Shown here: positions 1 to 7,780 of the stretch, in pieces
Position numbering within the stretch: position 1 is the first letter of the stretch
How the letters are laid out: each line of letters starts with the position of its first letter
IMG/VR virus record: IMGVR_UViG_2778261033_000015
Length of the DNA: 39,669 nt
Direction: 5' to 3' (one strand)
Source: a virus
Lineage: Duplodnaviria > Heunggongvirae > Uroviricota > Caudoviricetes
Notes under the pieces: generated by a model
Database searches by the model: none
The model's input: the letters and a program-made list of their open reading frames with translations, nothing else
Told to the model about the DNA's origin: nothing
Program-made: the position numbers and the translations under genes

Positions 1-70
1 GTTCTGCGGGGCCGGTTTTTCGATGACATTTTCTTTCCTCTGGTGACAAGCTATATGGCGAGGATTTTAC

Positions 71-301
71 ATGGCTGTGCTTCGTACGTTACCGGGCAGA
101 ATCAAAACTCTGAACACCCGGCGGATAAATGTCCTGAGGGGGGAACAGCGTCGTGTCAGTGGCAGTGCCCGGGTTTCCCTCAAACGTCGTATCTGGCGGA
201 GGGATGCCGGACACTGTTGTCTCTGTAGACGCGTGGTTGACCTTTGTGACAGTGAACTCGATCACCGCATTGCACTTCAGTTCGGTGGTGGTAATGAGGA
301 G
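71..301 (+). pseudogene. HNH endonuclease gene, 5' fragment, disrupted by prophage insertion
   Basis: ORF reads ...HCCLCRRVVDLCDSELDHRIALQFGGGNEE up to 301 (C-x2-C, DH, GG of an HNH motif); the rest of the motif (TNLWTLCTECHRQK) resumes in frame at 39598. The ORF tail 302..412 is phage end sequence. Start at 71 not verified. Confidence 0.6.
297..301. repeat. Target-site duplication, left copy (AGGAG)
   Basis: AGGAG at 297-301 and 39593-39597 is the only 5-mer shared by the two junctions; deleting the element plus one copy restores the HNH reading frame. Confidence 0.55.
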
Positions 302-384
302 TATAGCGCGGCGATTTTTTTGATACCGATTTGCATTTCATTTGATACCGCTGAAAAACGCCGATACGCAACTTATTTGATACT
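302..384. repeat. Right-end (attR-side) subterminal repeats, candidate transposase binding sites
   Basis: Three direct copies of TTTGATAC(C/T) at 319-327, 341-349, 376-384; the same motif occurs three times in inverted orientation at the other end (39422-39576). Confidence 0.5.
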
Positions 385-429
385 AAATCGGCGCTTTTCT
401 TTTGAGTTTTAGAATGAGTTTTTAAGCGC

Positions 430-1167
430 TCATTCACTCTCTTTCAAACCAGTTTTAACTGTTTGTGGTTTTGGGTAAGGCTGGACTTTGAATAGCTTTG
501 TGTTGAGGCGTTTTCTGGCCCTCTTGTTCAGAAACCGGATGTAACGAAACTGTCGGAACTTATGCACACTGGCTCTGTCGATATTAGCCCTCAGATGTTC
601 ACCTCGTTGTCCGCCTCGTTTAATGGCATTCCTGCAAATCTCGTGATACCACTCGCCATCAAGTTCATAGAATGTTGATTCATGGCTGCCTACATAATCA
701 AAATTGCTTGCCTGATACACGACACCAAGACAGCCACAACGCTCATCTGCAAACGACTGAACCCACTGTACCTGCGGATAAAGCTGCCTGATTAGCTTGA
801 GCGCGTAACTGATTGCCCTTGATTCGGAGTTTCTCGGCATACAGTCATGCATCCATAGCCGGTTAAGCTCCATATATTCTCGGTTCTGCGTACCCGTTAC
901 GACGCGTGCACCACTGTTTGGGTTAAGGGCGTAACCCCATTGCATTACGCCAACAAGTTCCCGTTCTGAAAATATACCCAGATGAAGGTAGGAATTATTT
1001 ACGAAACGGTGGCTGTAATGTTTATTGACGATAACCAGTCTGGCCAGCCAGCAACTTATTGTCTCAACCCGCAACTCACGGGAGCCATAACCAACGATAT
1101 TGTCGTTATAGCGAATAAGTTCAGGCGTGCTGATGATACGGGATGTGACTTGCTTTCTGTTCCCCAC
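430..1167 (-). CDS. mom: DNA modification protein Mom
   Basis: 245-aa ORF with the Mom-like ...NKHYSHR... segment; last gene before the phage end; its start overlaps the stop of the upstream com-like ORF as in Mu. Confidence 0.8.
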   Translation of the reverse strand: MGNRKQVTSRIISTPELIRYNDNIVGYGSRELRVETISCWLARLVIVNKHYSHRFVNNSYLHLGIFSERELVGVMQWGYALNPNSGARVVTGTQNREYMELNRLWMHDCMPRNSESRAISYALKLIRQLYPQVQWVQSFADERCGCLGVVYQASNFDYVGSHESTFYELDGEWYHEICRNAIKRGGQRGEHLRANIDRASVHKFRQFRYIRFLNKRARKRLNTKLFKVQPYPKPQTVKTGLKESE

Positions 1168-1321
1168 GACAGGATTTCCTTGTGTATGTGGGGTGCTCTG
1201 TGGCGCTCGGAGATGTGATTTGATTGAGGGTTTTACTGCGCGGACATTTTACTTCCAGATAACTGAAACTGGCCCGTGCCAGTAGCTTATTGCAGTGTCG
1301 GCACCGTATGTTTCGATACAT
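1121..1321 (-). CDS. com: Com, zinc-finger translational activator of mom
   Basis: ...[29 protein letters not shown]... resembles Mu Com (IRCKNCNKLL...EIRCPRCK); overlaps mom start. Start set at internal Met (1321); the ORF extends to 1366. Confidence 0.75.
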   Translation of the reverse strand: MYRNIRCRHCNKLLARASFSYLEVKCPRSKTLNQITSPSATEHPTYTRKSCRGEQKASHIPYHQHA

Positions 1322-1359
1322 GACCGCATAACCTCCTGCTTTGTTGTTGATGCCTTTCT

Positions 1360-1395
1360 CATGCAATCGATCGACAAAAACGATCGATTCGATTT
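1360..1395 (-). promoter_or_regulatory. Candidate Dam-methylation-sensitive regulatory region upstream of com/mom
   Basis: Palindromic ATCGATCGACAAAAACGATCGAT with two GATC sites (1369-1372, 1382-1385), 13 bp apart, about 50 bp upstream of com; Mu has a GATC cluster in the equivalent place. Confidence 0.45.
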
Positions 1396-1594
1396 GTTTA
1401 ATTGATACAACAAATAGATTGAAAAGTCATCAACAATGATTCAGGGAGGTGATTATTTACTTAAAGAAAACGAAGAGTTAGGTGGTGAAAACGATCATAA
1501 AATGATCATTTTATTGACTTTTTATACAGTGAAGGTAGGATCACGCGTATATGTAGTATGTTTCAAATCAACAGGATACTACATAAAAGTGAAA

Positions 1595-1620
1595 CCCAGC
1601 ATAGCTGGAACTATGCTGGG
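1595..1620 (-). terminator. Candidate intrinsic terminator (minus strand) insulating com/mom from upstream transcription
   Basis: Perfect 10-bp stem CCCAGCATAG/CTATGCTGGG with 6-nt loop; on the minus strand it is followed by TTTCACTTTTAT. Confidence 0.3.
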
Positions 1621-1742
1621 TCAATCTGTAAAAACTTGCATCAATGCTTTACTTCGAGCTCGTGGCGTATCCTATGATATTCCCCGGTCTCCTGTAAAGC
1701 AGAGATGCATAAAAAGGAGATCTTTATCATGGATGAAAGAGC

Positions 1743-1900
1743 CTGTTTGCCCTGCCTGTAAGACTCCCTTACAGCTCATCTATCGCCGTTCTCGATCTCA
1801 AAATGGCAAGACATACAAACCCAAAAATGCTTCCTGTTTCAGGATGCTGATATGTCCTGCCTGTTCTCCCAGGAGGGAAAATACACAAAACGTGCATTAA
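1743..1900 (+). CDS. Small zinc-ribbon protein (hypothetical)
   Basis: 55 aa with CPAC...(29 aa)...CPAC; strong Shine-Dalgarno AAGGAG at 1724-1729. Opposite strand to the phage genes; could be spurious. Confidence 0.3.
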
Positions 1901-1938
1901 CAAACTCACCCGGCAGGGAAACCTGCCGGTCGGTATTG

Positions 1939-2184
1939 TTACATCATAGTACCGTCAGTTCCGGGCTGAACCGGCTCTGGTTGCTCTACGGGTTGAGGAT
2001 CATTTTCCGTGCTGTTTTCAGCCGGAGAACGGCCAACCATTCGGGCCAGCACTTCATCAACATATGCGTCGATTTGTGCCTCAAAATCCTTGCGAACCTG
2101 CGCCTTCAGCACGCGGTTCACTTCTTCAGAATAAAGTGCCTGTTTGACAAGCTCTTCAGTAACCGTGCCTTTAATCTCTGGCAT
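1939..2184 (-). CDS. Hypothetical 81-aa acidic protein (cargo island)
   Basis: ORF with strong RBS (AAGGAG, 7 nt before ATG); acidic, Pro/Glu-rich C-terminus. Confidence 0.5.
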   Translation of the reverse strand: MPEIKGTVTEELVKQALYSEEVNRVLKAQVRKDFEAQIDAYVDEVLARMVGRSPAENSTENDPQPVEQPEPVQPGTDGTMM

Positions 2185-2219
2185 GAATATTCTCCTTTTG
2201 CAGGTATATTGCCCCGTTA

Positions 2220-2402
2220 TCAGAGCGGGGTCGGGTCGTTTGGGGATGACGGTGCCTGTGCTGTTTTACTGAGTTTTTCAGCTGCCGCATCATCAATTTT
2301 ACGGCGAATATAATTTCTGATGACCTTATAACCACCGCTCACCAGATATAACGCACTGACCACAGCGCAGAAATAAAGCAGCATTGTATGAACGAATGTC
2401 AT
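2220..2402 (-). CDS. Hypothetical 60-aa small membrane protein (cargo island)
   Basis: RBS AAGGTAAGG before ATG; N-terminal hydrophobic helix (LLYFCAVVSALYLVSGG) followed by basic tail. Confidence 0.5.
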   Translation of the reverse strand: MTFVHTMLLYFCAVVSALYLVSGGYKVIRNYIRRKIDDAAAEKLSKTAQAPSSPNDPTPL

Positions 2403-2548
2403 ATAACCTTACCTTTGATATTGACTACATAATTCGTTATCGGGTAAAAACATCGAAGCGACTGATAACCACTCCTTCGGGAGTATTTTTATTTTCCTTT
2501 ATGGGTTAGGTAGCTCCCGCCAGCCATATCATGACCGGCGGGATTTTT

Positions 2549-4588
2549 TTATTCTGTTACCGCTTTTTTCACTTCCACCACAATGCTGTCAATCAGCACC
2601 GGGTAAGTTGCATTTTTTGTGATATCCGTTACGCGGAGTTTGTCCACCGGGAAAGTTCCTACTGGTGACTGCGTCAGGGTAAACGCGGCACCATCCTGAC
2701 CATCAATAACCGGAATAACCTGAAGGCTGTTATTTCCTGCAAAACGGAAGGCCAGCGTATGCCATTCATTATCAAATGCACCAAAGGTTCCCAGTTTCTG
2801 GTTATTTGTTGCCACTTTTGCATTGTGGTACATCACATTCAGGTCTTTTGCGTCTGTCTGGATGTAGAACGATGCCAGCAGATTATTCCCTGCATCCCCT
2901 GTCAGGGTGACACCCTGCGGCAGAGAGGAAACCGGCCAGTAAAGCCCCATGACATACTGGTTTGCCACCAGGTCGCCAGGTACTTTAAAACGACAACTGA
3001 TTAAACCACCATTTTTCAGCAGTTCAGCACCAGTACCGGCATCATGATCCAGATACCAAGATGATTTACCTGTTTCCTTGGTCAGTTTCATTGCCTTACC
3101 ACCTGTGCCTCCTGCATCACTGATAATTTCAGCTTTACCGCCAGCCGGCTCCCAGCCCTGGGCTTTCAGATTTCCTTCTGACTCACTGACACGATAAGAC
3201 AGCAGTGTTGTGGTTACTGCTTCAGTTTCTGAAGGTGACGGCACTGGTGCTTCAGTTTCAGAAGATGGAACATCGGCTTTTACTGTGGTTCGCCCCGCAT
3301 GAGTCAGAACTGCCGTGGCCAGACGGTCGGAAATAATCCCACGACGTGCCCATGAACTGAAATGGCTGGCCCGGTCCGCAGATGTCCAGGTGGCGGCACT
3401 GTTACGCCACGTTGAGCCGTAATAACCAATGGATTCAATATCCGGGTCTTCTGCCGGATTGTTGGTGGGTACATTCGCGTCATTTTCATCTGTCATTAAT
3501 GGAACGAAATGAATGTTTTTATCTGTTTTGTTTTTGTAGCCGCCATAGATTGCCTGGTATGCCGGTTCATTTTTCTGTTTCCAGAAATACGTGGTATCGC
3601 CACAAATCCACGGAACGCCAGCAGCACTGCCACCGGTACACTGTTCCGCCTGTTCAGCCAGGTCTGCGCGGAATTTTTCCACCATCGCCAGAAACAGCGC
3701 GGAATGCTCCGTCGGCTTCGCATCAATATCAAACTCGCCCTGCATCCACACCACAGCAAGCAGGCGGTTTTTCGGGTTCTTCGCCAGTGCCGCTTTTGTC
3801 CGGCTGATTAAGTCCTTATACAGCGGCTTATCCACACCCCAGCGGGCTGAGTCCTCTGAAGCACCCGTGCTGTCACTGTACGTGCCGTCAGCACCCGCCG
3901 TGAATGCAGAACCACCACGGCAGCAGGGAACCAGCAGAATCCCCGCATCTGCCGGAATAAACGGCAGCAGTTTTTTGGCAATGTGAAGCCCCTGACCCAC
4001 GGTGCCATATTGCCCTTTAGCCACATCCGCTTTCGGGTGATTTTTTCCACTCATATCCTGCACATCATGCAGACAGTGGTCGGCCAGAATGATGTCGTTA
4101 TACTGACAGGCTTTACCTCCCGGCGTGACTGTACTGCGACGGGCTAACTGCATAATACGCGGTTCGGGGCGGTCATATGTCTCCGGCAGTGGCAGACCTT
4201 CACCGTAAGCCATACCGTTTGACTGACCAGCAAGAACCACCACGTAATACCAGGAAGGGGAGCTGGAAGCAGTTTCATTTCCTGACGGACGGGTATGTGT
4301 TTCAGCATTATCCCAGTCTGACGGTTCAGCAGTACCGGCAACATCAGCACTTAACGGAATGACCGCACCAATACCCGCTCCGGTAATTTCCACACTCGGA
4401 TCACCGGATACTGGCCTTACCCACAGGCAATCCCGTGTATTAAAACTGATGAGACAGTCAGCAAATGTCATTCCTCCTTTTGTTTCGGCCGGAGGAAAGG
4501 GAGCCTCAAGAAATGCCGCTGTACCACCGGAAACTTTAACAGTAAAGTTTCCGGGCATTGATGATAGTTGAACCCATTTGGACGTCAT
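2549..4588 (-). CDS. SASA/SGNH-family carbohydrate O-acetylesterase with C-terminal lectin-like domain (prophage cargo; resembles NanS-p type sialate O-acetylesterases)
   Basis: 679-aa ORF with GQSNGM (catalytic Ser block), WMQGEFD (SASA block II) and a ~220-aa beta-rich C-terminal region (...NEWHTLAFRF...). Sits between gin and com/mom, where Mu has no gene. Confidence 0.75.
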   Translation of the reverse strand: MTSKWVQLSSMPGNFTVKVSGGTAAFLEAPFPPAETKGGMTFADCLISFNTRDCLWVRPVSGDPSVEITGAGIGAVIPLSADVAGTAEPSDWDNAETHTRPSGNETASSSPSWYYVVVLAGQSNGMAYGEGLPLPETYDRPEPRIMQLARRSTVTPGGKACQYNDIILADHCLHDVQDMSGKNHPKADVAKGQYGTVGQGLHIAKKLLPFIPADAGILLVPCCRGGSAFTAGADGTYSDSTGASEDSARWGVDKPLYKDLISRTKAALAKNPKNRLLAVVWMQGEFDIDAKPTEHSALFLAMVEKFRADLAEQAEQCTGGSAAGVPWICGDTTYFWKQKNEPAYQAIYGGYKNKTDKNIHFVPLMTDENDANVPTNNPAEDPDIESIGYYGSTWRNSAATWTSADRASHFSSWARRGIISDRLATAVLTHAGRTTVKADVPSSETEAPVPSPSETEAVTTTLLSYRVSESEGNLKAQGWEPAGGKAEIISDAGGTGGKAMKLTKETGKSSWYLDHDAGTGAELLKNGGLISCRFKVPGDLVANQYVMGLYWPVSSLPQGVTLTGDAGNNLLASFYIQTDAKDLNVMYHNAKVATNNQKLGTFGAFDNEWHTLAFRFAGNNSLQVIPVIDGQDGAAFTLTQSPVGTFPVDKLRVTDITKNATYPVLIDSIVVEVKKAVTE

Positions 4589-4687
4589 AATAATCAGCCT
4601 GTTCCTGAATAAACTGAATTATCATATCCACAGACCGATAAACGCCATTTTGCGTTAATTCAGTAAAGGCCCAACAAAGGGAGCGTC

Positions 4688-5248
4688 TTATTTTTCCGAA
4701 ACGCTCGCAGGATAATAACGATAAAGGGTTGAAAGGCCGATATCAAAAATAAGTGCCACCTGTCTTCGACTGACACCCCCGGCCAGTAAACGCCCGACCT
4801 GCTCGTATTGTTCCTGCGTGAGACGACGGGGTCTGCCGCCGGTTCGTCCCCTTTCACGGGCAGCTGCAAGACCAGCCCGTGTCCGTTCGACAATTAATTC
4901 ACGCTCCATTTCTGCCAGCGCACCCATTATGTGAAAAAAGAAGCGCCCCATGGGGGTTGACGTATCAATGTTGTCAGTAAGACTACGAAAATTTATCCCC
5001 TGTTGCTGTAATTCATCTGTCAGCGCAACAAGGTGGCGCATACTGCGCCCCAGCCTGTCCAGTTTCCAGACCATCAGTGTGTCACCGGGTTTTAGTTTCT
5101 TCAGTGCCCGCTTCAGTCCCGGCCGCTGTGTCGTTTTACCACTCATTTTATCTTCAAAAATCTGCTCACATCCTGCACATTCCAGCGCATTTCTTTGTAA
5201 ACCTGTGTTCTGGTCATTTGTTGATACGCGTATATAGCCAATCAGCAT
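4688..5248 (-). CDS. gin: Serine recombinase, DNA invertase Gin
   Basis: MLIGYIRVSTNDQNTGLQRNAL...GRPRRLTQEQ... near-identical over long stretches to Gin/Hin/Pin/Cin invertases; adjacent to the invertible segment. Confidence 0.95.
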   Translation of the reverse strand: MLIGYIRVSTNDQNTGLQRNALECAGCEQIFEDKMSGKTTQRPGLKRALKKLKPGDTLMVWKLDRLGRSMRHLVALTDELQQQGINFRSLTDNIDTSTPMGRFFFHIMGALAEMERELIVERTRAGLAAARERGRTGGRPRRLTQEQYEQVGRLLAGGVSRRQVALIFDIGLSTLYRYYPASVSEK

Positions 5249-5303
5249 GTATTTACCTTCCTTAAAAAGAGGTGGAAAGGCCTTTTAAAGCAGATATACG
5301 GCA

Positions 5304-5327
5304 TCCCTGAAACCTCGGTTTACGGGA
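5304..5327. other. gix-like crossover site (gin-proximal)
   Basis: TCCCTGAAACC-TC-GGTTTACGGGA: imperfect palindrome matching the Mu gix half-site TTCCTGTAAACC; 2-bp core TC. Confidence 0.55.
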
Positions 5328-5673
5328 TACTGTAAACAGGGCCGCGAATGCCCTGCCATCGAACGGAGCGGCTGTTGCAGCGAATAAACTCGCCACTCCA
5401 AGAAATATTAATGGTGTCCCATTTGACGGAACGCAGGATATAAATATTACATCGGGGATGACGCAGTCTGTGGCTGACTCACGTTATGTTCAAAGCATTC
5501 GAAGAGGTTCAAGGTCAACGATTGGAATGCAATATAATATTTTTGAGGTTCCTGACGGATGCGTACTTACAGGGCTTGATGTCGCTGGTGATGGTAATGC
5601 AACGGTAACCGCATATTATCGACCTGTTCAGTTTCTGATAGATGGTTCGTGGAAAACAGCTTCCAGCGCATAA
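5316..5673 (+). CDS. Silent alternative tail-fibre C-terminal cassette (S'v), no start codon of its own
   Basis: Plus-strand frame reads GLRDTVNRAANALPSNGAAVAANKLATPRNINGVPFDGT...YYRPVQFLIDGSWKTASSA, parallel to the C-terminus of the expressed fibre; open from the gix site onward. Confidence 0.65.
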
Positions 5674-5752
5674 AAGTGCAGTAGTTCAAAAAACAGATTA
5701 TCTGAATAAATATATGATGATTTTGTCTTTTCAACAAAAACAAGGTGAAATA

Positions 5753-6274
5753 ATGGAGCTTATTAACGTAAAACGATATTACCCGGAACACAAACCCTAT
5801 GGTGAGGATGTTCAGTATTTCCAGAGTGAGGACGGAAGGGATTTTTATGAATCTATCCCGCTTTTCACAAAGAAATACAAACTCTGTATTTCGCCTGTAA
5901 CGGGTATTATCTGCTCTGTTGCTGAAGATGTCTCTGCTTTATATCCGGCAGGTTTTACTGTTGTTGAAGTGGACGAACTGCCGGAAGGTGTGAATATTGA
6001 CGGTAACTGGCAGTTTTCTGATGGCCTGATATCAAAGGTGCCGGTAAACTGGAAGACGGTTGCTGAAAAGCGCCGCTCATCGCTGCTCCAGGAAGCCAAC
6101 GAAACTGTGGATGACTGGAAAACGGAATTAAAACTGGACATGATTAGCGATGAAAATAAATTACAGCTGACGCGCTGGATGGCGTATATCCGACAGCTTA
6201 AAGAAATGCACTTTAATGATATTGCCAGTGAGGGGCATTACCAGGCGATTCCCTGGCCGGAAAAACCGGAATAA
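5753..6274 (+). CDS. Tail-fibre assembly chaperone (Tfa / U-like)
   Basis: 173 aa from ATG 5753 (RBS AAGGTG); C-terminus ...TRWMAYIRQLKEMHF...IPWPEKPE is typical of Tfa chaperones; directly downstream of the S'v cassette. Confidence 0.7.
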   Translation: MELINVKRYYPEHKPYGEDVQYFQSEDGRDFYESIPLFTKKYKLCISPVTGIICSVAEDVSALYPAGFTVVEVDELPEGVNIDGNWQFSDGLISKVPVNWKTVAEKRRSSLLQEANETVDDWKTELKLDMISDENKLQLTRWMAYIRQLKEMHFNDIASEGHYQAIPWPEKPE

Positions 6275-6308
6275 TTCAGAGGGTGCATTCAGCACCCTTT
6301 TCTGTGGT

Positions 6309-7220
6309 TTACACTGAACTTACCGTTCTCCAGGCATTATTAATATAAATCTGAACCGGGCGATAATAGACCCCACCGATATTGTCCGCAGACCGGGAGC
6401 CGGTTTCCTGCACGTTAATTCCGGAAAGCATACAACCGGAAGGTGCGCTGTAATTCCATGACATTTCATTGCCTCCGGGTGAATGATAGCTCTGTGCTCC
6501 AAGCTGAACATTCTGTACATACCGGCCATCTGCGGTTGACTGCGTCATTCCTGACGTGATGTTGATATCCAGCGTTCCGTCAAAAGGAACACCATTAATA
6601 TTTCTTGGGGTGGCGAGTCTGTTTGCTGCCACGGCGGTTCCACCCGATGGCAGGGCATCAGCAGCCTTATTTACCGTTTCCCGTAAACCGACGTTATCGA
6701 TAAAAGCGCCTTTATCCGGAATGTCTGCGCCGTTCTGCTCCCTGCGCAGGTAACGGTTATCACCTTCGCTTTTGCTGTAAACATCCAGATTATTACGGGC
6801 GGTTCCCGCATTCTCCAGGTCGGCAAGGTTCTGATCCTTCGCCAGAGCATTAACGTCACCGGGACCAAGACTGTTTTTTGTGGCAAGCGCCCCAAGACCA
6901 AGATAACCACGGGCAAGACGCTGGGCTTCCGCACCGGCATCAGCAATTTCTTTCAGGTTGTTTTTCCGGGAAAAGGCATTCGCAGCGATAATGGCTTTAA
7001 TGGACAGCGTAAGCTGGTTTAACTGCGCCTTATCCGGCTGAATACTGGCTTCAGCCAGAATATTCAGCAGTTCGGCCTGGAGAATATTCAGCCAGTCCTG
7101 ACCAATCCAGCTGATACCTTTTTGTCCGTCACCTTCGGTAAACCAGGTGGTGGTATTACTCTGCGCCGGTGCCAGCGCAGGCATATTCGCCACGCCGGAA
7201 TTATTATCAACATGGAACAT
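6309..7220 (-). CDS. Tail fibre protein (S-like; constant part plus currently expressed variable cassette Sv)
   Basis: 303 aa from ATG at 7220 (RBS GAGGAG, TAATG overlap with upstream gene); N-terminus ...WFTEGDG... and C-terminus ...YYRPVQIYINNAWRTVSSV resemble P2 H / Mu S fibres; the gix site lies within it. Confidence 0.8.
   Translation of the reverse strand: MFHVDNNSGVANMPALAPAQSNTTTWFTEGDGQKGISWIGQDWLNILQAELLNILAEASIQPDKAQLNQLTLSIKAIIAANAFSRKNNLKEIADAGAEAQRLARGYLGLGALATKNSLGPGDVNALAKDQNLADLENAGTARNNLDVYSKSEGDNRYLRREQNGADIPDKGAFIDNVGLRETVNKAADALPSGGTAVAANRLATPRNINGVPFDGTLDINITSGMTQSTADGRYVQNVQLGAQSYHSPGGNEMSWNYSAPSGCMLSGINVQETGSRSADNIGGVYYRPVQIYINNAWRTVSSV
6679..6702. other. gix-like crossover site (within tail-fibre gene)
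   Basis: TCCCGTAAACC-GA-CGTTATCGATA; inner arm and core are the exact reverse complement of the inner arm and core of the site at 5304-5327. Confidence 0.55.
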
Positions 7221-7780
7221 TAAATATTCTCCTCTTCGTGACTGTTTGCATATACGTAAATAAACGTCTGCCATGCAGGCTTATAACGGTTCAGAATACA
7301 TTCCAGCGCACCGCCTTCATAAATACGCAGCGGCGTGAGAATATCATCCAGCACATTCATATTCCGGTAGCCGGTTTCACTGTTAATCGTGACAATACTG
7401 ACCCACTGTGAATCCGGTGATGGCTGAATATCTATTTCATAACCAAACTCTGCCGCAAACCGGATATAAAATTCACGGTTAAGAGAGGGTTTCATCCGGT
7501 ATTTATTCCCGGCATAACGCTGACGCTCCTGAATGGTTGCGCCGGTCATATCACATTCCGGTAACCCCAGATAACGCTCCCAGTCTTCCAGCAGCAGACG
7601 GGATGAATCAGGAAAACGTTCTGCCAGCATCTGGTTACCGGTCCAGGAAACACGCTCCGTGGAATGACTGAGGCCCAGGCACAAAGCCGCAAGAACGGAT
7701 GACGGCCGCTTATCCCATGCCAGCCCGTCAGGCAGCAACTGCAACAGGGCGCGCTGATGCGGGGTCAGGGTTACAGCCAT
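7220..7780 (-). CDS. Tail/baseplate protein (Mu gp48 / P2 gpI-like)
   Basis: 186-aa ORF immediately upstream of and coupled to the tail-fibre gene; conserved position and size. Confidence 0.7.
   Translation of the reverse strand: MAVTLTPHQRALLQLLPDGLAWDKRPSSVLAALCLGLSHSTERVSWTGNQMLAERFPDSSRLLLEDWERYLGLPECDMTGATIQERQRYAGNKYRMKPSLNREFYIRFAAEFGYEIDIQPSPDSQWVSIVTINSETGYRNMNVLDDILTPLRIYEGGALECILNRYKPAWQTFIYVYANSHEEENI

Larger units (their letters stand above)
5304..6702. other. Gin-invertible tail-fibre segment (G-segment analogue, ~1.38 kb between cores)
   Basis: Bounded by two gix-like sites in inverted orientation with complementary 2-bp cores (TC / GA). Contains two alternative tail-fibre C-terminal cassettes on opposite strands and one tfa gene. 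Confidence 0.7.

Noticed and set aside
71-412. 113-aa ORF taken as a single intact gene
   Set aside because: Its 3' portion (302-412) is phage end sequence; the HNH motif is completed only by sequence at 39598 onward, so only 71-301 is host gene.
1852-2313. 153-aa plus-strand ORF
   Set aside because: Overlaps two minus-strand ORFs that have strong RBSs; Cys/Arg/Leu-rich composition typical of an antisense shadow frame.
2759-4571. Multiple short and medium ORFs inside the esterase gene on both strands
   Set aside because: Nested within a long ORF that carries recognisable catalytic motifs; no independent start signals.
5845-6141. 98-aa minus-strand ORF downstream of the expressed fibre cassette, considered as a missing tfa
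   Set aside because: Low-complexity Ser/Thr-rich shadow frame inside the plus-strand tfa gene; no RBS.
6309-7274. Tail-fibre start at first ATG (7274) giving 321 aa
   Set aside because: That start overlaps the upstream gene by 54 nt; the ATG at 7220 has a GAGGAG RBS and a TAATG stop-start overlap.
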